A stretch of DNA of 64,000 nucleotides from a virus (lineage: Duplodnaviria > Caudoviricetes), in the IMG/VR virus record IMGVR_UViG_3300046804_003398. One strand, given 5' to 3'. The position numbers and the translations under genes are program-made. Under the pieces are notes generated by a model that ran no database searches, was not told the origin of the DNA, and saw nothing but the letters and a program-made list of their open reading frames with translations. This document shows, piece after piece, positions 1 to 10,526 of the stretch (its first letter is position 1; each line of letters opens with the position of its first letter).

Positions 1-1
1 A

Positions 2-328
2 TTGGGCAATTTCCTAAACAAGGGTGGAGCTGAAACTGACTCTCCAAAATACAAGTTGATTGACATCGATCACCCAAACGGTTGGAGTTTCAATGAAATT
101 GAGACCCTTGGTGATATGGGATTCAAGATCGACAATGACACTGATATGGTGTGTGAAGTAGAAGTGCCTACTTTAGAAATGATGGAAGAAAAAGTTCCAG
201 TCAAGGTTTATAAAGACGAAGACGGATATGTTCTTGAAACTACCCGTCGTCATGTTTTTGAAACTTTTAAGAAGATGATCGAATTTATTGATTCGATCCC
301 AACAGATCCTAAGCTAAAAGCAAGATAA
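2..328 (+). CDS. hypothetical protein, probably truncated at the window edge
   Basis: Open frame from the window edge, acidic composition, converges on the minus-strand operon; no recognisable motif. Confidence 0.6.
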   Translation: MGNFLNKGGAETDSPKYKLIDIDHPNGWSFNEIETLGDMGFKIDNDTDMVCEVEVPTLEMMEEKVPVKVYKDEDGYVLETTRRHVFETFKKMIEFIDSIPTDPKLKAR

Positions 329-502
329 TATTATCTTTGTGTTGATTGAATCATGGTCTGTGTCTTAAACGCAGACCAATATACTTTACCAATAACAGCT
401 AATGTAGTTATAACCGCCAAGATGTTTTTGTGGTCTACAATCCAATATCCTACACCATAAGACCAACACCAGGCTTCAAGCAAAAACATTTTCATACCAA
501 TC

Positions 503-1024
503 TTACTTCTGTGATTGATAAGGTGGTTGTTGATGTGGTTGCGTAACTGGTTGTGCGCCAGGAATCTCAGAGTTTTCCAAAGCATTGATACTTACTGAAT
601 CTGGTCTACCTTGAACTTGATATGCTTGTGGAGTTTCGTTGATTGGATCAGCAATCTCAAAATAACGTTCCAACTTCAAACCGATTTCTTCATAAAGCAT
701 TTCAAGAGTATGTTCTACACTCTTGATCTTGTTTGCTTCCTCATACAACTTACCAGCAAGCTTCTTGACTTCTTTCATGTCACGTTCAACCATCTTTGCT
801 TCCATCCACTCACCACACTCTTTAATAGCATAACGTTCAGCCAAATTGACTGCTTCCATAATCTTAGAAGCGGTAGAATACACACAGTCAGCTTTGAGAC
901 TCTTACGATATTCGTTGTAAGCCTTTACTGTTTCACGAAGTTTGACCTTCTCTTCTTTTGTAAGAGGAGAATAAGCGGTTTCTGTGGAATTCTCTACTAG
1001 ATGTCTTAGCTTTATCATATACAA
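503..1024 (-). CDS. hypothetical helical protein, possibly head-associated
   Basis: 173-aa ORF with an N-terminal MIKLRHLVE propeptide-like segment; ATATTTAT motif at 1024-1031; true start probably 1018. Confidence 0.75.
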   Translation of the reverse strand: MYMIKLRHLVENSTETAYSPLTKEEKVKLRETVKAYNEYRKSLKADCVYSTASKIMEAVNLAERYAIKECGEWMEAKMVERDMKEVKKLAGKLYEEANKIKSVEHTLEMLYEEIGLKLERYFEIADPINETPQAYQVQGRPDSVSINALENSEIPGAQPVTQPHQQPPYQSQK

Positions 1025-1056
1025 TAAATATAGTTAAAATTGTGATTCTGTCTCAA

Positions 1057-1755
1057 TTATTTTCTTATTAATACGCCAAAACCCAAGAAGTCTTCTTTCC
1101 AAGGTTTTTGATCTGGCAAATATTGTTGTGTAAATTCAATGTAGTCAAATCGAGCATCATTCTTTACCTCATTCCACACATTGACTACACCCAAACCTTT
1201 GTGGGAAATATCATGGAATACGATATACTTGGTATTTGGATTGTTTTCAAATAGTCTATAATCTGAATAACACCCTTCATATGTATGATCTCCATCAATA
1301 AAGACTATATCAATAACAGTATTGTCTACAAACTCTTTGAACTGTGGAGAACTACTATTTTGTGCCAAATGTGTATAGTTACAATACTGATCATACTCAG
1401 TCAATATATCAGACTTTGATGACAGATCACATGAAAACAACTTGATAGAAGGATTGTTTTTCTTCAATACTTCTGAAACAACGATAAAGTTACCACCCCA
1501 TCTAACACCAATTTCCAAATATGATTTAACGTTTAAAGTCTGCAACCATTTGATATAAGGTGCGAGTTGAATCGGATATTGCCACACTTTTATACCCTTA
1601 CCAAAATACTCACTTAAATGTGTGGGCTGTTCTTCTGTTACTTCATCATTGAGACCAAATGTAGGAATTACGTCTGTCAATTGACCTACTGACAATGTAT
1701 CAAACTCAGAGTTATGAATAAAATCAATCGTCTCTTTTAATGATTTGACAGACAT
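1057..1755 (-). CDS. class I SAM-dependent methyltransferase (Methyltransf_24-like)
   Basis: YLEIGVRWGG motif I and VFIDGDHTYEG / IVFHD motifs. Confidence 0.85.
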   Translation of the reverse strand: MSVKSLKETIDFIHNSEFDTLSVGQLTDVIPTFGLNDEVTEEQPTHLSEYFGKGIKVWQYPIQLAPYIKWLQTLNVKSYLEIGVRWGGNFIVVSEVLKKNNPSIKLFSCDLSSKSDILTEYDQYCNYTHLAQNSSSPQFKEFVDNTVIDIVFIDGDHTYEGCYSDYRLFENNPNTKYIVFHDISHKGLGVVNVWNEVKNDARFDYIEFTQQYLPDQKPWKEDFLGFGVLIRK

Positions 1756-1760
1756 ACTAC

Positions 1761-2369
1761 TTACAACTCCGAGATGATATCATGAATGATCTTCTCAATA
1801 TTAGAATAAGGATTGATGATTCTATTTCCAGAAGGATTTACACTTTCAGTGATCTTTCCTTGTGGATACATGAATGCACCTTGAGTAGAAGGATTACTTA
1901 CAAAATCAAATGCGATCAAGTCAAAATCATCTTGAACCACATCGGCACCTTCTCTCATATCTTTCTTAACACTACCCAAACCACGGCTACTGATACCCAA
2001 TAGAATACCAGCCTTGAGAAGATCCTTAAGAATGTTACCACTTGGAGTTGGAAGAATTTCTACAGTTCCAACCAAATCATCACCATCCCAACCCATGTCT
2101 ACGATGTTATGACTGACATTCTTCAAGTTAACAACAGAAGACTCTGGATGGTCAAGTTCACCCATGGCACGACGTTGCTTAACAAAGTTGTCCATGTATT
2201 TAGTAGCTTCACGCTCTAAAATTTCTTTTGGATAAATTCTACCATTTTGATTCTTTGCTTCAGCACGTTGTAATGTGCCGGTCACAAGAAGTTTACCACT
2301 ACTCAACGATTCGTTAAGTGCGGTCTTTTTGAATTCAAATGGTAATACGTCAATTAATACTGTTTTCAT
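1761..2369 (-). CDS. gp21: prohead core protease (T4 gp21-like)
   Basis: GTLQRAEAKNQNGRIYP, GELDHP, GISSRGLGSV and DFVSNPS motifs; located next to portal and terminase. Confidence 0.93.
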   Translation of the reverse strand: MKTVLIDVLPFEFKKTALNESLSSGKLLVTGTLQRAEAKNQNGRIYPKEILEREATKYMDNFVKQRRAMGELDHPESSVVNLKNVSHNIVDMGWDGDDLVGTVEILPTPSGNILKDLLKAGILLGISSRGLGSVKKDMREGADVVQDDFDLIAFDFVSNPSTQGAFMYPQGKITESVNPSGNRIINPYSNIEKIIHDIISEL

Positions 2370-2370
2370 A

Positions 2371-3486
2371 TTAAGCTGGTGGGGCTGGTTGTGCCTCAGG
2401 TTTTTCTTCTGGTTTAGCTGGTTGTTGTTTTGAAGTTACAACATTAGATGCTCCAGCAGAAGTTTGTTGTGATGGATCAACCAATGCTTTTGATTTAGCA
2501 ATTTGATACTTGTCTCTTTGCTTTACATCGGCTGGGCCCAAAATCTTAATCTTGAACCCAGGCTTTACAAAGAACTTGGCTGCCTTTTGTTTACTTTCTT
2601 CACGGCCAAGAATAATGATTACATATCGATCATAATAGTAATCAATTTGAACTCCAGTAACATTGATTGTATAATCGGTTTCTGGTTGTTTGTATCCCTT
2701 ACTAGCACGAACCACAATCTTTTTATTTAAAATTTGATCTTGAATCTTCTTTTGAAGTTCCAATTTGGTCTGTTCAGTTGCATCCTTCAACTTGGTGTCA
2801 AACTGAGTAAAGTCTGGTTGAATGTCATATGATTGAACATTAACAGCTGGTTCCGCTTGTTGAGGAGCAGCTTGTTGTTGAGGTTGAGCTGGAGCAGGTT
2901 GTTGACCAGCTTCGGCTTCTCTTGTTAGAAACCTAGAAGCACGATATCCCTCAATAATCTTCTTTACAGAATTACGTTGTTCTGTAGTTGGAAGAGTTGT
3001 TTGTGTCTTGCCTGCCAAACCTGGATCTAATTCTGGATCACCATGTTGAACCAATCCATTTTTATCTTTATATGTTGATACTGGTTCAATGTTTTGTGCT
3101 GGTGTCACATATGCTGGTTCACTATACATTTGGTTTTCCAAAGCATATCCAGGACTTTTCTTGACTGGCTTAGCCAACTTAAAACCAAGTTGTGTTGCAG
3201 CTCTAACATTTCCAGGCCCTTTACGAGAAAAGGCAAATGGAGTCATGTAAGCACCCGCAGCACTACTGGTGGATGCTTCATTCTTATTCTTTAATTGGTC
3301 CTTGACTTTTTTTTCGACACTTGCTTTCACGGCTGGTGTAAGCTTATTAGCATGTGCTTGTAGCCACGCATGATATTGCGCCTTATCAATACGTGCCAAT
3401 TCACTATCACGATACAATTGAGCGTATTTTTTTACAATATCTCTAAATGGATCGCCTGATTCTTTAAGAAGCTTTTTCATCAGCAA
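2371..3486 (-). CDS. hypothetical head-region protein with Gln/Pro-rich linkers
   Basis: 371-aa ORF in the head operon; MKKLLKE N-terminus (likely start 3480). Confidence 0.75.
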   Translation of the reverse strand: MLMKKLLKESGDPFRDIVKKYAQLYRDSELARIDKAQYHAWLQAHANKLTPAVKASVEKKVKDQLKNKNEASTSSAAGAYMTPFAFSRKGPGNVRAATQLGFKLAKPVKKSPGYALENQMYSEPAYVTPAQNIEPVSTYKDKNGLVQHGDPELDPGLAGKTQTTLPTTEQRNSVKKIIEGYRASRFLTREAEAGQQPAPAQPQQQAAPQQAEPAVNVQSYDIQPDFTQFDTKLKDATEQTKLELQKKIQDQILNKKIVVRASKGYKQPETDYTINVTGVQIDYYYDRYVIIILGREESKQKAAKFFVKPGFKIKILGPADVKQRDKYQIAKSKALVDPSQQTSAGASNVVTSKQQPAKPEEKPEAQPAPPA

Positions 3487-4336
3487 GTTTGTTCAATTCT
3501 TCTATCAACTCATAAGCACTCAAAAGAGGAGTCAATTGATTCTCCTTTACAATGCCTGTCAGTGTTTTGTTTGAAAGCTGAGCAATCGTTTCGTTAAGTT
3601 TGATCTTGATAATATCACTCTTAACCAAAATCGATCTTTCCTTGAGAAGGTCAGCAACCTTCTTGTATTCATTATTAACAAATTCAGTAAACTTGTTAGT
3701 GTTGGAAACGTTTGTAATAAATTCCTTCAACAATACCTTTTGAGCAGGCAACAAAGAAGAATACTTTTTGTTGAAGTTTTCGATCAAGAACTTATATGCG
3801 AGTAACTTCACTTCGGCTGGTTGAGAACTATATACATCCAAAGCTTGTTCTTCGTTCTTCTTTTCTCTTGTCAAACTTTCTACTACACACTCTCTTGCTT
3901 CCAAAATTTCTTCTACATCAAACTTAACTTCATCAGCTCCTTGGTTTTCAAACAACTTGTATACCGAGGCATAAAGTTTATAGTTTGGAATTTTATTTTT
4001 TAGAAATTCATCGATGTTGAACTGCTCCTTGATTTCTTTGATGAGGTTGTATTTTTCGGAGTTCAATTCACGTTCATTTAGTTTTGAACGAGTTTGTAAT
4101 ACTACGTTCAAAATACGATCAGCAGACTCGGCATTTTTAGAAGATTGACTTACTATAAAATTGTATAGTTGAAATTCTTTTCCGAGCGCAGTGCTTTCGT
4201 TAAAATATTTGAACATCAAATTCTTGGTGAACGATTCGTCACGACCTGCCAATATATCTGCGGTAATCTGTCGCGTGAGCAACTCAAACAATACTCCGCT
4301 ATTCTTAAACTTAGAATGTTTAGCTTTTTTGCGCAT
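3464..4336 (-). CDS. hypothetical helical protein of the head module
   Basis: 290-aa ORF between portal and protease; upstream ATATTTAT motif at 4354-4361. Confidence 0.8.
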   Translation of the reverse strand: MRKKAKHSKFKNSGVLFELLTRQITADILAGRDESFTKNLMFKYFNESTALGKEFQLYNFIVSQSSKNAESADRILNVVLQTRSKLNERELNSEKYNLIKEIKEQFNIDEFLKNKIPNYKLYASVYKLFENQGADEVKFDVEEILEARECVVESLTREKKNEEQALDVYSSQPAEVKLLAYKFLIENFNKKYSSLLPAQKVLLKEFITNVSNTNKFTEFVNNEYKKVADLLKERSILVKSDIIKIKLNETIAQLSNKTLTGIVKENQLTPLLSAYELIEELNKLADEKAS

Positions 4337-4391
4337 ATAGTTCTCTATTATTTATAAATATATTGAAATTTGGAAAATCATCGGATTTATA

Positions 4392-6380
4392 TCATTCTTT
4401 GATGTTTGTTTCGTCCATATAAGATCCTGATACTCCTTCTCTCAAAATTTCTTTGGACTTATCCAATCCTTGTAGAATTGTCGATAGTGATTCCATTGAT
4501 TCTAAAGACAATGGAGAACGTTTCTTATATTTGTGAGTAGGAGACAAATCACTGTCACTATTGTTCTCTAGTGTTCCAAGTGGATCTTCACCAAATGGGT
4601 ATTTTCTAGCATCTTTTCTACCAGTTTGGTCCCTATCACGGTTTTCTTCTTTTTTACGGTTTGCTTCCGCACGTTCATGAGCAGACATCTTAACTTTTTC
4701 AGTCAATTTTGGCGTTTCTCCACCACCAGCTGGAGCAGTTTCTCCACCTGCGGGAGCTGTAGCGCTGGCTTCAGCACCTCCTCCTACTTCTCCTCCGCCT
4801 GCCGCTTCTTCGCCTCCACCAGCGCTACCCCCTTCCGCGCCTCCGGCTCCGCCTTCTCCACCACCTTCTCCTTCTGAGCCCTTGGCCTTGAGGAAGTTCA
4901 ATGCAGGATCGTTACCGTCTTCTTCGATCTGCTTAAATCTGTAAGTTCCCTTAGCATCATCAACAAGTTGTTTTTGCAACATAATCATGTCTTGATCACT
5001 CATACCAAAGACATTTTCATAAATCCACTTCTTGCTAAACAACTTTTGTTCTTGCATGTCCTTACTGACTTCAACCTTGCTCTTCCATACATCAATCTTT
5101 TCCTTTTCAAAGATTGTGGAAGGATTGGTCAATTCAAGACTAAAATCAACAAGTGCCTCATCTCTGTATCCTTGACTATACAAATGAACCACGGCAATCT
5201 TGTTCAACTCACTGACAATAATACGTTGAATACGTTGGATCGTTCTGGCAAAACGAATATCTTCAGCAGCAAGTGTAGCCTTACCACTCAAACTCTCGTC
5301 GTAACCCAAGAATGCCTTAGGAATCTTAAGAGCTGCCATCATCTTGTTACGTAGATATTCGATATCGTCTGTTCCAGTCCATTCAAGACCTGGCAAGTTA
5401 TCAATAGCAGTTCCACTATCACCACCACGAACTGGCAAGAAAAAGTCCTCAACCATGTTCTGTAGATTGAAACGAAGATTGTAATCACCAGTTGCTTGAT
5501 CCAAATATGGAGTCTTCTTCATTTGTTGAATGATTCTCTCCATGTGATTATCAACTTCGTTTGGTGGAATGTTACCAATATCAATCTTAAAAATACGTTT
5601 TTCTGGAGCACGCATGATACGATGAATCAACATTGCGTCTTCCATCAAACTCAATTGCTTCCAAACACGACGAGCACCTTCCAACATACTCTTACCATAA
5701 GGCAAGAAGTTACTATCACTCAACAAACGGAAATGAGCCATCTGATAGTTTTCCAAATCTTCAATCTTGTTACCATATGGAAGATTGACTTGGAACTTTA
5801 CGAAATTCTTATTTTGTAGATGCGCATTTTCTACACGGGTCACATAGTAACTACTGAGTGGTTCAACCATGTAAACACCATACTCTGGACTGATGTGCAT
5901 TCTCAAATAAAAATCGCCATACTTGACCAAACTACGAGTCCACGACCAAAGGTTGAATTCGATGTTCAAGATGTCATAGAACAAATTATTTAAGATGCTC
6001 TTGATATCATCGTTGGTGCTACGAACGGTGATGATGTCACCCATTTCGTTACGAGTGGTGCATTCATCAGCATAAATGTCCAATGCAGATGCCAAAATTG
6101 GGTCCATGTCCATTGTATCATAATCACGAAACAGTTCTACACGACTGCTTTGATATGATAAATTGAAGTCACGGGTATACGAATTATACGCAGTAGTTCT
6201 GAGACGATTGAAACGATCTCTTAAACTATTACGGTCGGTAGCATACTGAATTTCATCGGTGTCGATGACCTTGAGCTTTTTGCCACCCACGTTACGAACA
6301 ATTACGTCGTTGCTGAAAAGTCTCTTCAGCCTAGCGTAAAGTGACCTATTTTTTAACTCTTGAAATGATTTGTCATCCAT
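4392..6380 (-). CDS. gp20: portal protein (T4 gp20-like)
   Basis: MEDAMLIHRIMRAPEKRIFKIDIGNIPP and MVEDFFLPVRGG motifs; Gly/Glu-rich C-terminal tail. Confidence 0.95.
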   Translation of the reverse strand: MDDKSFQELKNRSLYARLKRLFSNDVIVRNVGGKKLKVIDTDEIQYATDRNSLRDRFNRLRTTAYNSYTRDFNLSYQSSRVELFRDYDTMDMDPILASALDIYADECTTRNEMGDIITVRSTNDDIKSILNNLFYDILNIEFNLWSWTRSLVKYGDFYLRMHISPEYGVYMVEPLSSYYVTRVENAHLQNKNFVKFQVNLPYGNKIEDLENYQMAHFRLLSDSNFLPYGKSMLEGARRVWKQLSLMEDAMLIHRIMRAPEKRIFKIDIGNIPPNEVDNHMERIIQQMKKTPYLDQATGDYNLRFNLQNMVEDFFLPVRGGDSGTAIDNLPGLEWTGTDDIEYLRNKMMAALKIPKAFLGYDESLSGKATLAAEDIRFARTIQRIQRIIVSELNKIAVVHLYSQGYRDEALVDFSLELTNPSTIFEKEKIDVWKSKVEVSKDMQEQKLFSKKWIYENVFGMSDQDMIMLQKQLVDDAKGTYRFKQIEEDGNDPALNFLKAKGSEGEGGGEGGAGGAEGGSAGGGEEAAGGGEVGGGAEASATAPAGGETAPAGGGETPKLTEKVKMSAHERAEANRKKEENRDRDQTGRKDARKYPFGEDPLGTLENNSDSDLSPTHKYKKRSPLSLESMESLSTILQGLDKSKEILREGVSGSYMDETNIKE

Positions 6381-6404
6381 ATAATGCTATCTTATATATA
6401 AGTA

Positions 6405-8018
6405 TTACAACAACCAAGTTAGTGATTCTTTTTTACCTGTGCCTGGAACTCCGCCTCCTCCAGTTTCAAATTGCCACGTTTCTTGAGGTGATTGAATGAT
6501 TTTATATTGTGATGATGGACCAGGCGTTGTATTTGTTACTTTTGTTATTCCGCCCAACATTGTTCGTGTATATGCCATTTGTTCAGTTCTTAACTTTAAT
6601 GCGGTTCCACGGACCCATAGACCAATACTAAGAGCCATAACCAAATCGTCATTATAACCCCTCATTGCTTCTGCCTTAGGTCCATTCCAGATAAACACAT
6701 TAAGTTCCTCATATGACCTAATAGACCGTATAGTGACTGACTTGTCTCTGAAACATGATTCCATATTACTTACCATCAACGGTCTATTCTTGTTGGTGGT
6801 TGTAAATCCCGGCACCAATTTCTTGTCTTGAGCATTAAGTTTATTTGTATAATTGTGTTCTACATCAACCACGTTCAAATCAGGCGTGCTATAGAAAGTG
6901 TTTTGATAATCTCTATCAATAATTTGTTGTAGTGTTCCCCAACCAATGTTGTTATTTTCTACAACAAGCAACGCACTGTTATATTCAGTTGCAATTGCCA
7001 CCAACAAGTTACCATAATCTTTCGTAGTTAACTGACCCTTATACTCCGCTACTTGTGTCAATGTGTCAACATCAAATACATGAAATGCACTATAGTCGGC
7101 ACCATCACCACGAGCACAGTCAGCTGATACGATATAGTTTTTGCTATTGTCTGGACGATCCCAAATCCACAAATCTTGACTTGCTCCACGTTTTTCAACC
7201 GGATCTTTGATGTAAGTTTGCTTGTAAAACTCAAGAGTATCAACCGACACAACTTGATTACCCGATGTAGAAAAGTCACAATCACATTCTTGTGCAGCAC
7301 CTTTTACACCAGACAATTCAGTTTGTTTGTCACGCCAAGCTTGATCACGTTCTGGGTGTAAATGCCATGGTAATCTAATTGTATTGAAACCATTTTCTCC
7401 AGCTTCGGCAGCAACCCAAGTCTTATGAAAGAAGTTACCAACACCATTAGGTGTCGATAACAAAATAGCTCTACCACCAGTTGACAAGGTATACTGAGCA
7501 GACAACCAAATTTCTTCAATACCATCGATGAATGCAGCTTCGTCAATGATTAGAAGTGACAATGCGGCAGAACGACCTGCGGTTCCAGCACTTGACACAG
7601 CCTTAATTTGAGAACCGTTTTTAAGACGTAGTGACAAACGATTGTCTTCTACACATGGAACTTTCAACCATGTAGGAAGATTGTCATTGGCAAATCTAAC
7701 CTTGGTAACGATTTCTTTTGCAGTCTCTTGAGTGATACTGATGATCAAGATGTTCTTGTCTGTATGGAACGTCATCAACCACAAACTATATGCTGCCGTC
7801 AAAGTAGAAATACCCATCTGACGACTCTTTAGAATGATGTTGAGACTATGATCCACCATGTCTTGTAGAGCACCTTCTTGGAAGGGATACAAGTCAAAGT
7901 TGCAGGTTCCCTTGACGGGATGTTGAATCTTGACATACTTCTTCATGAAGTATATCGGATTTTCAACACACTTCTTATACTCCTGCTTTATTATTTCTCT
8001 TAGATTTTGCTGACTCAT
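6405..8018 (-). CDS. terL: terminase large subunit (T4 gp17-like)
   Basis: ILKSRQMGIST Walker A, LLIIDEAAF Walker B, STPNG coupling motif, YIVSADCARGDGADYS nuclease motif. Confidence 0.96.
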   Translation of the reverse strand: MSQQNLREIIKQEYKKCVENPIYFMKKYVKIQHPVKGTCNFDLYPFQEGALQDMVDHSLNIILKSRQMGISTLTAAYSLWLMTFHTDKNILIISITQETAKEIVTKVRFANDNLPTWLKVPCVEDNRLSLRLKNGSQIKAVSSAGTAGRSAALSLLIIDEAAFIDGIEEIWLSAQYTLSTGGRAILLSTPNGVGNFFHKTWVAAEAGENGFNTIRLPWHLHPERDQAWRDKQTELSGVKGAAQECDCDFSTSGNQVVSVDTLEFYKQTYIKDPVEKRGASQDLWIWDRPDNSKNYIVSADCARGDGADYSAFHVFDVDTLTQVAEYKGQLTTKDYGNLLVAIATEYNSALLVVENNNIGWGTLQQIIDRDYQNTFYSTPDLNVVDVEHNYTNKLNAQDKKLVPGFTTTNKNRPLMVSNMESCFRDKSVTIRSIRSYEELNVFIWNGPKAEAMRGYNDDLVMALSIGLWVRGTALKLRTEQMAYTRTMLGGITKVTNTTPGPSSQYKIIQSPQETWQFETGGGGVPGTGKKESLTWLL

Positions 8019-8628
8019 ATTCTTTTTCTAAATTGTCAATAAACGTGTCGATCTCTGACAATCTAGCATTTACATACTCAAGATCCTTCAAAACATCTTG
8101 TTTGATCTTATCAAGCCCCGTCTCACCCTCCCACTTTTCTATAGAACCATCTTCATTGATAAACTCAAGAGGTTTACCCTCTTTCTCTTCACACCACTTG
8201 AGAGTTTCATCAAACTTCTTTTTGTATTCAGACAAAATTGCTTTTTCATTCTTGAAGTCACGGATCTTGTCAAAGTATTCCCAAGTTCCATCCATCTTCA
8301 TCTTGGTTTCATTGTTAGTGAAACAGTCATAACACAAATGTGTCTTGGGCCAAACTTGTGAATCCAAATAGTTACCCCAACGAACGTCGGCACTACATTG
8401 TTTACAAATTTGTTTGTTGTCGATTATAACCTTCTTTGGAACTCGACGTTTGCTACCATTCTTCCAAACCCATTTACGACCTTGACCATCCTCCCACTCT
8501 TCACCTTCTTTACGTGTGGCGTTATTTATGTCTTCGGTGTAACCAACTTGTATAAATGGTCTATTTCCGTCCAGATAATCTTTTACAATCTCCAGATTGC
8601 TTTTGCCTTGTGCTCTTTTCATAACCAA
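7975..8628 (-). CDS. hypothetical protein with CxxC...CxxC zinc-binding motif
   Basis: ICKQC and LCYDC pairs; likely start 8622. Confidence 0.75.
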   Translation of the reverse strand: MVMKRAQGKSNLEIVKDYLDGNRPFIQVGYTEDINNATRKEGEEWEDGQGRKWVWKNGSKRRVPKKVIIDNKQICKQCSADVRWGNYLDSQVWPKTHLCYDCFTNNETKMKMDGTWEYFDKIRDFKNEKAILSEYKKKFDETLKWCEEKEGKPLEFINEDGSIEKWEGETGLDKIKQDVLKDLEYVNARLSEIDTFIDNLEKEYESAKSKRNNKAGV

Positions 8629-8640
8629 TATTTATTTATT

Positions 8641-9693
8641 TTATTTTCCAAAACCACTTTGTAGTCCCTTAATAATGAAACTACCAGTTATTTTAAATGG
8701 ATTGCTGTGAATACTAGGATCTCTGACCACAATTCCTTCGTGTTTTTCAAGATCACCAATTTCACTAGTAGCATTCTTTAATATTTCATCACCAAGTTTG
8801 ATTGTTGCCAAATATACAACTGTATCATTGACAACTTTATCAATATCTTGTCCCTCAAAATCCATGGCAATATTCTTACTAGCAACAGCCTTTTGGAATT
8901 GTTCACGGGTAATCAATGGTGTTTGAATATTTACATCTTTCAACCAATCCTTCAAACTCTTTGTAACTGGATTGCCTTGTGGATACAAAGTAACCTTTTC
9001 ACCGAGTGGCTTTGAAAGATTTGGTCGGCTCTTAAACTTGGTGTCAACACTACCCAATACCTTGAATCCACGTTTCTTAGCAAACACATTCAACTTATTG
9101 ATATATGATTGCATAACCGTCTTATCATAAGGAATTTCAGTAGCTACTCTTGACTTGACACTACCATCTTTACCAAACGTCTTGGGTTTGATTTCTTTCA
9201 AACCATGAATTGCCAAGAAGTTACCAATGTCTTCATAACCGAGAACATTTGTTTGTCCCTCAACATATTCAACGTTTAACAAAATATTTGGATTGTTCAA
9301 TAAACCAAGAGCCTTCAACTCTTTTGTTGTCGAAGGAATTGCGTCATCAAAAATCTGAATTACAGTGGAACCAATCTTGATGAATCCGTGTTCAGCACCT
9401 GTTTCTGGATTTGGTAAAAATCTAGCAGATAGATCTTGTGGACGCATTCCCTTGATGTCTAGTGGTTTTGCACTACCACGGTCCATCACAAATTCTCCAT
9501 TAACCAAACGAATACTTGCATTAACACCGTCAATCTTTACACTACCAGTTCCCTTTTCCAATGAGTTAATAGACTTCTGAAAGATGTCAACTAGTTGTTT
9601 TCCGTTGGATGCAAAGTCAAATGGATGTTCCATGTGGCCACCAGCACCACCTTCTCTAAGAACTTCCGACAAAATATTACTCAGCTTTATCAT
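8641..9693 (-). CDS. putative ligase-fold covalent nucleotidyltransferase (RNA-ligase-like)
   Basis: KIDG (KxDG motif I), NVEYV, EGIVVRD (motif IV) and FKITG (motif V); N-terminal GGAGGHMEHPFD. Confidence 0.55.
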   Translation of the reverse strand: MIKLSNILSEVLREGGAGGHMEHPFDFASNGKQLVDIFQKSINSLEKGTGSVKIDGVNASIRLVNGEFVMDRGSAKPLDIKGMRPQDLSARFLPNPETGAEHGFIKIGSTVIQIFDDAIPSTTKELKALGLLNNPNILLNVEYVEGQTNVLGYEDIGNFLAIHGLKEIKPKTFGKDGSVKSRVATEIPYDKTVMQSYINKLNVFAKKRGFKVLGSVDTKFKSRPNLSKPLGEKVTLYPQGNPVTKSLKDWLKDVNIQTPLITREQFQKAVASKNIAMDFEGQDIDKVVNDTVVYLATIKLGDEILKNATSEIGDLEKHEGIVVRDPSIHSNPFKITGSFIIKGLQSGFGK

Positions 9694-10459
9694 ATGGTTT
9701 AATAAATGTTTTTTCGAATGTAGATACGCCTTTTAAGTATGAACGTTTGGTTTCATCAAGGGCATCATCTGTAAATTGCCAATTCCAAAACAATTGGTCC
9801 GGTGTCTTGAATCCAAAAAATTCAAGAACACTCTTTTGTGTTTGAACAACGTGTTTACCATTCCAGTTCTGACCAACAGCAATAAATCCAGCATCAATAT
9901 CTTTAACTAGATTGGACTCACCCAAAGTCGAGTGTCTATTTTCAATCCAAGTCAAACGTTCAATCAACTTTTGATAATAACCGTTGGCTTGACCCCATCT
10001 AACACTTGCAAAAAATAATACACAATCACTCTCAAACAACTCCTTACTGATCTTCCAAAGTTCGTCACCCTTCTCATTTACACTAGCCCAACAACGATGA
10101 TGACCACTTGGATTTTGTTCTTTGTTTTTCAATAAAGCACCAATCGTTCCACAATGGTTGCCACCAAACTCTTTGTTGCTACTCACATTACCTTCACATG
10201 GAACGATGTGTAGTTTTGTTGTGTCAATCAACGTTACTTTTTCTTTACCAAGCAACTCTTGTATCTTGATGGCTAATTGACTACTTTTTGGAACATCGTC
10301 TTTATGTTGCGACCAACGATTGCTTGTAGTCAATAGTAACACTTTGTTTTTACTACGCAAATAATCCATGGTCTTCTTGTATTTTTTAGCATACAAGTCC
10401 ATGTCTTGTTCACTTGCTGGCAATTTAGCCTCTGTTAGAAGGTCTGATAGACTAATCAT
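9677..10459 (-). CDS. flavodoxin-fold protein (NAD(P)H-dependent FMN reductase / iron-sulfur flavoprotein-like)
   Basis: VLLLTTSNR loop, PCEGNVSS...HCG...RCW cysteines, SDCVLFFASVRWGQ...QKLIERL segment. Confidence 0.8.
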   Translation of the reverse strand: MISLSDLLTEAKLPASEQDMDLYAKKYKKTMDYLRSKNKVLLLTTSNRWSQHKDDVPKSSQLAIKIQELLGKEKVTLIDTTKLHIVPCEGNVSSNKEFGGNHCGTIGALLKNKEQNPSGHHRCWASVNEKGDELWKISKELFESDCVLFFASVRWGQANGYYQKLIERLTWIENRHSTLGESNLVKDIDAGFIAVGQNWNGKHVVQTQKSVLEFFGFKTPDQLFWNWQFTDDALDETKRSYLKGVSTFEKTFIKPYDKAE

Positions 10460-10526
10460 CGCATATAAATATGTGGTGTTCTCAAAAAATATCTATATTA
10501 ATTTATCAATCTAGTCTGTTCAAATA

